Shown piece after piece: positions 30,877-38,700 of a stretch of 64,000 nt of DNA. Each line of letters starts with the position of its first letter. The stretch's first letter is position 1. The notes under the pieces were generated by a model. The model was not told the DNA's origin, ran no database searches, and worked only from the letters and a program-made list of their open reading frames with translations. Where the stretch lies: positions 385,934 to 449,933 of the forward strand of contig OY970318.1 of the NCBI GenBank assembly GCA_963716565.1, in the 5' to 3' direction. The position numbers and the translations under genes are program-made. This DNA comes from an uncultured Candidatus Saccharibacteria bacterium. Its GTDB lineage: Bacteria; Patescibacteriota; Saccharimonadia; Saccharimonadales; CAIOMD01.

Positions 30877-31626
30877 TTAGATTGTTTTGTCTTGCCAGTC
30901 CGAAAAAACAATAATAACTAGCAGCAAAACCGTAATAATGCTTAAAAGCTGCCGCCTTAATGCCGGGGTCAGCTTACTCTTGGCGTGAAAATAATACATA
31001 GCCGCTAATCCGTAGCCCAAAACGCTTAGCACTAAGGCTATTTGCGGCAAAAACAAATAATCTATAGCCCAATGCCCTAATATCCAAGCCATTATCATGC
31101 CAAACCAACCCCAGATGTTGGCAATGACTGATGTCATTGGTTCTTCAAAGGCACTAAGTAGGTGGCGAGCCACGGCGTAACATATTAACCAAACTACAAT
31201 CATGCCAATTAATATTGAGCTATTGGGAAACGCCCGGTAATAGCCTATTAAAGCCAAAACTTGAGCTATCAAAGCCTGGATAACAACCATAAGTGGCCTT
31301 GACTGTTGTTTTAGCCAAACCAGCCAAACCATATACAAGGCGGCCCAAACAGCTTGTATGTACCAAGTTCTGGTGCCGGCCATAAAAGCGACCGCCGAAA
31401 GCCCAATAAAGATATCTACCAAATTTGCCCGAATGTTCGACACCCAGTAGCGCGGTTTTACGGCCAACATTCGCCACTTGGCTAGTAGCACCATTACGGC
31501 AGCGATAATGACTAGATCTAGCCTAATAAAAACAATCAGCACAATCGGCAATAAGGCGTTCAATAGAATATGAAAAGCGTAAGACAGGCCGGATTCCGGT
31601 TTTAATCTGTATAGTAGTTTACTCAT
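30877..31626 (-). CDS. polytopic integral membrane protein, function unknown
   Basis: 249 aa with ~8 hydrophobic helices and no recognisable catalytic motif. It lies immediately downstream of the LCP gene. Confidence 0.4.
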   Translation of the reverse strand: MSKLLYRLKPESGLSYAFHILLNALLPIVLIVFIRLDLVIIAAVMVLLAKWRMLAVKPRYWVSNIRANLVDIFIGLSAVAFMAGTRTWYIQAVWAALYMVWLVWLKQQSRPLMVVIQALIAQVLALIGYYRAFPNSSILIGMIVVWLICYAVARHLLSAFEEPMTSVIANIWGWFGMIMAWILGHWAIDYLFLPQIALVLSVLGYGLAAMYYFHAKSKLTPALRRQLLSIITVLLLVIIVFSDWQDKTI

Positions 31627-31628
31627 GG

Positions 31629-33221
31629 TTAGGGTCCAACAACAATTATAAAGTCTGCCTGGTAAGTATCCAAAGGCAGGCCTTCAACATTAGCCACTGC
31701 TTCGGTGTTATAGCGTAATTCCATGTATCTTACAGTATACGGCTTTTGGCCATTGGTTTTATCTATAACTTGAGTAGCAGTTACGCTAACTGGCGCATCG
31801 GCCACCTGGATAACATTGTAGCCATAGCTAGTTAGCTCATCGGCCTTCTGCTGAGCCAAACCATATTCGGTAGTACCATTTAGCACAATTATTGATGGGT
31901 TTTCTTTGGTTATAAAACCATCTTTTAGCTTTTCGCGCACAAAAGCTCTTACTTCGTCATAGCCATTTATTGGTGCTGCGCTACCGTTAACAACCTCTTC
32001 ACCTTCATCCGACAATGTGTAGTTTTTGATATTTTCAGGGCTAACATCTTTTATAAAGTTATAAACTTTCATCATATCGTCAATCGATAAGTTAGTGCGC
32101 ACCCGATCCCCAAAAGCATCTAATAATCCCGAGATTTTTAGGGGGTTGGCAAATGTGCCAATTGATATAGCTTTGTCTTTTATTGCCAGCAACACTGCTT
32201 GCTGATTTTGGCCACGGCTTAAATCGCTGTTAGCTGCCGAACCATACAAACCGTGCCTAGAACGAGCATATGCCAAGGCCATCCCTCCATCAAGCTGATG
32301 GGAACCCGCTTCTAGATAAAGTGGTTGACCGCCAATTATCATCACTCCGTCATAATAATCTTCGGCTAGCGTAATGGTTATGCCGCCTAAAGTATTAACA
32401 GCCTCTTCTAAAACTGTAAAATCCATCATACCGTAGTAATTTATTGGAATGCCCATATACTCTTCCACTACCTCGGTGAGTTTATTTAAGCCAGCCATCT
32501 CGGCGGCATCGTTATCGTCGGGATTTTCGTTGAGCGCTCTTAATTTTGCTTCTACATAAATCGCATTAATTTTTGTAGACCCAAAATCAGTATCTACCGG
32601 GAAGTCTCTTGGTATGCTCAACAACCCTAACCCCTTATTAATAGTATCTAGGCTAACGATCATTAAACTATCAGTAGCGTCCGGGCCACCTTCGTCTGGC
32701 CTGCCCGTGCCCGGCTTGCCAATAAGCAATATGTTCACTCGGCCATCACCCTCTCCGGTAAGTAAGTTCGGATCAAAATTAGAATCAAATGCTAGGGCCG
32801 TACCACCGCCCTGGAAGACCTTGTGAGCATTCCACCAAGCCTTGCCAAATAGATATCCGCCAGTCAATAAAACGGCTACTACTACAATTAGAACCATTCT
32901 TGCTACAATCTTAAACACTTTGCGAGTGTTCTTAACTGGAGCCACCGAGTTGGTTGGGCGTGCTTGTCTGCCCTTACGCCCAAAACGTCGGCTGGGGGCC
33001 GCATTAACTTGAGCATACTGGCTAGTTTCGGTTAATTTTGGTGACATTCGGCCCCTAAATCCTTCTGGTTTATTAAAATCATCCAACCTATTACTGCCTG
33101 GTCTCTGCATTTGCCCACTAAAACCATCGGTACTACTTGAATTTAACGGTTTTCTGGGACCCGACACTAAAAAGCCCTCTATGGACTTCGGTTGTTTTGA
33201 ACGGTTTATGAATCTTGTCAT
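31629..33221 (-). CDS. LCP-family (LytR-CpsA-Psr) glycopolymer phosphotransferase
   Basis: Basic, disordered cytoplasmic N-terminus and a single TM. LCP core ..ILLIGKPG...DATDSLMIVSLD...LLSIPRD.. plus a C-terminal LytR_C-like domain. Confidence 0.8.
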   Translation of the reverse strand: MTRFINRSKQPKSIEGFLVSGPRKPLNSSSTDGFSGQMQRPGSNRLDDFNKPEGFRGRMSPKLTETSQYAQVNAAPSRRFGRKGRQARPTNSVAPVKNTRKVFKIVARMVLIVVVAVLLTGGYLFGKAWWNAHKVFQGGGTALAFDSNFDPNLLTGEGDGRVNILLIGKPGTGRPDEGGPDATDSLMIVSLDTINKGLGLLSIPRDFPVDTDFGSTKINAIYVEAKLRALNENPDDNDAAEMAGLNKLTEVVEEYMGIPINYYGMMDFTVLEEAVNTLGGITITLAEDYYDGVMIIGGQPLYLEAGSHQLDGGMALAYARSRHGLYGSAANSDLSRGQNQQAVLLAIKDKAISIGTFANPLKISGLLDAFGDRVRTNLSIDDMMKVYNFIKDVSPENIKNYTLSDEGEEVVNGSAAPINGYDEVRAFVREKLKDGFITKENPSIIVLNGTTEYGLAQQKADELTSYGYNVIQVADAPVSVTATQVIDKTNGQKPYTVRYMELRYNTEAVANVEGLPLDTYQADFIIVVGP

Positions 33222-33295
33222 TGTTTTTTAGATTACTCAATTATAGCAAAAACTCGCACAAAAACTTTAAGTTTAGTTTACAATGTATCCGTATC

Positions 33296-34009
33296 ATGAT
33301 TCCTAACCAAAGCCAGCCTAAACAAACGCTTCCTGCGCCACAATCATTACCTCCGCGCAACAATAGTGCCGAACGTTTTAACCACAAAGAAAGTATAAAA
33401 AACGTGGTTTATACAGTTTTGTTATTTATATTGGCACCATTATTTGCCTTATTTATGATAATGTTTTGTTTTCAAAGTTATGTGGTTGATGGTTCTAGCA
33501 TGGAGCCAACTTTGCAAAACGGTAATCGCGTATTTATATTAAAGCTACCCAAAACTTGGTCTAAAATCAGGGGCAATCAATATATTCCTGCCCGTTATGA
33601 TGTAATTGTCTTTAAAAAACCCACCGACCCGAATGTACAGCTTATAAAAAGAGTGATTGGCCTGCCCGGCGATAAGGTGGTCGTAAAAGACGGCGTTATT
33701 ACAATCTATAATAGCCAATACCCCAACGGTTTTAACCCAGATGCGGATGCCAGCTACGCTACCACCTCTGAAGATGCTGATGGCAATGTTGATTTAACTG
33801 TGGGCGATGGCATGTTGTTTGTCTGCGGCGACAATCGTAACCCTGGCGGTTCATTAGATTCCCGTAATAGCCTAGGCTTAGTACCAGTAGAAAACATTGT
33901 TGGACGTTTATGGGTCCGCTATTACCCATTAAGCGACTTTAGGTACTTCAGCGCCCTAGAATATGCTCAACAATTTTGGCAAATTCTTCCTCTGTCTTAT
34001 AGGTTATAA
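33296..34009 (+). CDS. lepB: signal peptidase I (S26)
   Basis: ..VDGSSMEPTLQNGNRVFI.. (Ser box), ..LIKRVIGLPGDKV.. (Lys box) and ..GDNRNPGGSLDSR. The ORF could start at TTG 33215. The ATG at 33296 is preferred. Confidence 0.8.
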   Translation: MIPNQSQPKQTLPAPQSLPPRNNSAERFNHKESIKNVVYTVLLFILAPLFALFMIMFCFQSYVVDGSSMEPTLQNGNRVFILKLPKTWSKIRGNQYIPARYDVIVFKKPTDPNVQLIKRVIGLPGDKVVVKDGVITIYNSQYPNGFNPDADASYATTSEDADGNVDLTVGDGMLFVCGDNRNPGGSLDSRNSLGLVPVENIVGRLWVRYYPLSDFRYFSALEYAQQFWQILPLSYRL

Positions 34010-34823
34010 CCAACTTACCGCTGCCCTTTTTGCTACGCTGTACGTAAACTTTTTGCGCCTTTAGGCGTTTTTGAATCTTGTTGGTGATTGTATCTATAAC
34101 CGTTTCATGCTTATTAGTGGTGCTGACCTGCCCTTTTTTGACTGCCACCACGTATTGTTCAGCCTGCCTAACGGTCCACTTTTTTTCTAGAATATACTGC
34201 AATAGCATTGCCTGCTCTTTAGGGTGATCTTGCAGACTCAACAAGGTCCTGGCGTGGCCTTCGCTAATTTCACCGGCTTGTAGAGATTTTTGTATATTGG
34301 CAGGTAAGTTAAGTAATCTAATATTATTGATGATGGTTGAGTTAGCCTTGCCTATTCGCTTAGCAATATCGTCATATTTTTGATTGAACTCGGTGTGTAA
34401 CTTGTAAAGCGATGCTGCTAGTTCTAACGGAGTTAAATCTTCTCTTTGAACGTTCTCTAAAAGTGCCAGCTCTAGCTGTTCGTGATCGGTTACGCTTCTA
34501 ACAATTGCCGGGATTTCTTTTAAGCCAGCTATTCGAGCCGCTCGCCATCTTCTTTCGCCAGCAATAATTGAATATAGATTATTTTCTATTTGACGCACCA
34601 CTATGGGTTGCAAAATGCCATATTCCACGATCGACTGAGCCAATCCCCTTAGGGCTTCTTCGTCAAAACCCTGTCTAGGTTGATCATCTTTGGGCTTAAC
34701 CACGTCTAATGCTAACCTGTGGACCTTTTCGTGTACCCCTGTGGTTACTTCTGTAATATCCATTTCTACTGGGATTAATACATCAAAACCCCTACCTAGG
34801 CCTTTATTTTTACTTGTTGACAC
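33948..34823 (-). CDS. parB: chromosome partitioning protein ParB/Spo0J
   Basis: ..KGLGRGFDVLIP.. and a ParB box with an HTH (..IAKRIGKANSTIINNIRLLNLP..). It ends with a TGA stop. Confidence 0.9.
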   Translation of the reverse strand: MSTSKNKGLGRGFDVLIPVEMDITEVTTGVHEKVHRLALDVVKPKDDQPRQGFDEEALRGLAQSIVEYGILQPIVVRQIENNLYSIIAGERRWRAARIAGLKEIPAIVRSVTDHEQLELALLENVQREDLTPLELAASLYKLHTEFNQKYDDIAKRIGKANSTIINNIRLLNLPANIQKSLQAGEISEGHARTLLSLQDHPKEQAMLLQYILEKKWTVRQAEQYVVAVKKGQVSTTNKHETVIDTITNKIQKRLKAQKVYVQRSKKGSGKLVITYKTEEEFAKIVEHILGR

Positions 34824-35625
34824 GATTAATTACCTCCTTGGCTAGATTTTTATAGGCCCTAGCCCCTTTAGACCATTTATCATATTCAGCTATCGGCAAA
34901 CCATAACTTGGCGCTTCGGCTAAACGTACATTACGCGGTATAACAGTTTCGAACACTAAATCTCCAAAAGCCTTTAGCATTTCATCATATACCTGTTTGC
35001 TAAGGGTCGTTCTGGAATCAATCATAGTCATGACTATACCCAGCATCTGCAAGGTGGGATTTGCTCCCTGTTGAATCCTTTGAACAACCTGCAAAAGTTG
35101 GCTTAAGCCTTCCATGGCATAATACTCTGCTTGTACTGGAATAATCACGTCTGTTGCAGCAATTAAAGCATTCACTGTTAATAAGCCCAGCGAAGGCGGG
35201 CAATCTATAAGTATGATGTCGTAGGGCTGTTCGTGCCGAATTAAGAAGTTTTTTAACACCTTATCTCTGTCTGGCATGCCGGCCATGCGAACTTCGGCGC
35301 CAGACAGATCAGCGCTAGATGGCAATAGCCACAAGTTTTTAACAGTAGTATTTAAGATAATGTCGTTCTGGCTTAAGTTTTCTAACAAGCCCTGGTAGAT
35401 AGTATGCTTTAGTTGCATCTTGTCTACCCCTAGGCCGCTAGTGGCATTAGCTTGGCTGTCTAAATCAATAACTAGAATCTTTAACCCTGCCTTAGCCAAA
35501 TAAGTAGCCAAGTTTATTACGGTCGTAGTTTTGCCTACCCCGCCTTTTTGGTTTAAAACGCTAATTACCCTCATGTCTTTAAATACATTACCACCTAAAG
35601 TGGTAAAGGTAAACTCTTCTGTCAA
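34810..35625 (-). CDS. parA: chromosome partitioning ATPase ParA/Soj
   Basis: Deviant Walker A NQKGGVGKTTT. The listed start is TTG; the ATG at 35574 (MRVISVLNQKGG) is the more likely true start. Confidence 0.9.
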   Translation of the reverse strand: MTEEFTFTTLGGNVFKDMRVISVLNQKGGVGKTTTVINLATYLAKAGLKILVIDLDSQANATSGLGVDKMQLKHTIYQGLLENLSQNDIILNTTVKNLWLLPSSADLSGAEVRMAGMPDRDKVLKNFLIRHEQPYDIILIDCPPSLGLLTVNALIAATDVIIPVQAEYYAMEGLSQLLQVVQRIQQGANPTLQMLGIVMTMIDSRTTLSKQVYDEMLKAFGDLVFETVIPRNVRLAEAPSYGLPIAEYDKWSKGARAYKNLAKEVINRVNK

Positions 35626-35771
35626 CTAGCCGTATAATCCTAGCTTTTATTTACTATGTAATCTATTGCGATGGGTCTACTTTTATCTTATCTAAAGAGA
35701 TCAGCTAATTGCCTAGCGTTCATAACATCCTCGGTAACCGACTATTTTACGACACTGCGTATACCTATCTT

Positions 35772-38700
35772 CTACTGAAGAGTTATCAAGATCCAAACAA
35801 GATTGTTGGCGTCTTTAGTACTAGTAGCTTTACCTAGTAAGGAGCCAGCACTTGGAGTAACTGAAACTGTGGCTATGCCTTCTTGATTACCGGCTATTAT
35901 CATGTCGCCACCAGCAACGGTTGTAAATCTATCTACCTGCACTTGCACATTACCACCTATGGCTACCCCTACTTCGTCACCCTCTGCAAAAGCCTCTTCT
36001 ACAATTACGCCTATAACCTTGGTATCACCTTCCGCCTCGGTGGTAGTTATATAGCCGTCTCTGGTATTGTCTATTACTACCACGCTACCGGCGGCAATTG
36101 GTTTGCTGGCATAGAACTTCTTAGTAATGGCCTGTCTGGTATTCACCTTGGCAGCTAATTGCAGGTCGCTACTAACACTCAAGTTAGCCACCTGAACATT
36201 ACCCGTTACGGTTAGGTTACCGGTGATAGTAGTTAGATTAAGATCAGAGTTGTATTGTAGATTGCTGCTTAGAGTAGCCACTCTGCTACTTAGTTCTTCT
36301 ATGGTTTGTTGTTGTTGTTGAATAGCGGTAGCTAAGTATGGGGTTAGACCAGCGTAAGAGATAGACTTAATGCCCTGGGCGTCGGTATAGACTAAGTCTG
36401 GGAAGAGTTGTTCGTACTCTTGAGCGATGAAGCCAACGTGTAAGGTGTCAGTCTCGGCATCGGCTAGCATGTGGTAAGACACTGTTCTAAGGCCTAGTAT
36501 CTGATTTAGGGCATCACCATAGGTTGTGATGTCTTTCTTGAGTCTTTCGTCGGAAGTACAGGTTATACCGCCAGCCGTATTGGGGGTAACCGTACAGGTG
36601 CCACCAGCGTTTTCAAAGCGGGCTACGGCAGTGCCATCGGCTACTGAAGCACTGCCAACATGTAACAGATAGCCTGGGGAGGTGTTGGAGATACCAACGT
36701 TGCCAGCCATAATAGCCATTTTGCCTTGGTCTAAGTTCAGTATCTGCCCAGTTTGGAAGCTAAAACTGCTAATATTATTCTCTTGAACTGCTAGAATATT
36801 TTGACGGATACCAAAGTCGTAAATACGCAGAACGTCCAAAGCCCCGCTATAAATACCGCCATAAACATACATATTATTGTTGTAGACTACGGCAGCATGG
36901 TAATACCTGGTATAGCTACCATCAGTAACACCGGACGACCAAGTATTAGCAGCAAAGTTATAAATCCGCACCGTACCAAAGACTCCGCTGCTATAACCGC
37001 CAAAGACATACATATTATTGTTGTAGACTGCAGCAGAGTGAGCATATCTGCCATAAGTACCGTCTGACGCTCCGGCCGACCAGGCATCAGTTGTAAAGTT
37101 ATAAATACGCAAACTACCATCGTAATTGCCGTCATAAACGTACATTTTATCACCGTAAACCACTGCGGCGTGTCTGTATCTGGTTATCCCTGTATCGGCA
37201 GTCCCGGCCGACCAGCTGCCTGTAGCGAAATCATAGATTCGCATAGTGTCTAGAGCGCTACCGTCAAAACCGCCAAAAACATACATTTTATTGTTGTAGA
37301 CTACGGCAGAATGTTGCAGCCTACCATTACCAGTGTCGGCAGTCCCGGCCGACCAGCTGCCTGTAGCAAAATCATAGATTCGCATAGTGTCTAGGGCGAT
37401 ACTGCCATTACCACCACCATAAACATACATTTTATTGTTGTAGACTACGGCAGAATGGTAGCCCCTGATATTACCTGTATCGGCAGTCCCGGCCGACCAG
37501 CTGCCTGTAGCGAAATCATAAACTCGCAAAGTATCTAAATAGCTGCCACCATTAATTCCACCAAAAACATACATTTTATTGTTGTAGACTACGGCAGAGT
37601 GAGCATATCTGGCATAACTGGTATCTGAGGTACCGGAAGACCAAGTGGCAGTTACGTCATATGTAACATTTTTATTAACTACAAGGGGGTTATTAGTGGA
37701 TGTGGAGTTCAAGCTAGCGCCGGCATCAGCGTTAAGTTTGGCGGCAGTATGTATAGCATTACCTGCCACATCTAAAGCATAGCCTGGCATAGCCGTACCA
37801 ATCCCCACATTCCCGCTACTGTCAATTACCAATCTGTCACCGGTACCTAATCCGGTTGTAGAGATCTTAAATTTATCACTATCACTATCGTCTATTCCCA
37901 TAGTGAATAGATTAGTGCCATCGGTTAGCTCAAAGCCAATCTGGGAGTCGTAATCACCAGCATTGGTATTAGACACTGTTAGTTGGGTTAGAGCTGTGCC
38001 AGTGTTCATTACTTCTAGCTTTTGGTCAGGCGAAGTGTCGCCGATGCCAACGTTACCACCATCGGCCACTCTAAGTACACTTGCCGCGTCGTGCTGAACA
38101 TCAAAATACCCAGTACCGCTAACGTTATAAACCATATTGTAATTACCTTGGGTAATGGTCGTGTTTTCAGAAAGTGTTCCGCCCAATTTTACGTTTGGCG
38201 CAGTTGCCGTTAAGCCGTTGGAAGCTGTTACATCTGGGTTGATGCTCGCCCAGATGGAGCCATCCCAGTACATAAGTTTCTTGGTGTCCTTTTGAACCCT
38301 TACATCGCCTATAGCATTGGAAGAAGTTCCCGTAAAGTAACAGTCCGTGGGTATACCGTAACCACCGGCATTAGACCACGACAATCCATCAGTGCCATAC
38401 TTTGCGTTGCCTCCAGAACTTGATGCTCTTTCCAAAAAGATTCTATCACCACTTATATATGCCGTGACTAACCAATATGTAGTACTTTGGGTGAGATTAG
38501 CATTCGAAAAGCTATAATAATAAGCATCGCCCGCATTTGGACCAGGAGTTACAGTACTATCGCTAGTTGCCACGAGCGTACCAGGTACACCTCCATTGTT
38601 TGTATATATATAACCCCTTAAAGTTGTAGACGAGGCGTTAGTATTTGACCTACTTTGCCAAAACTGATAAATGCCCATACCATTACCAGTAATGTCCTCC

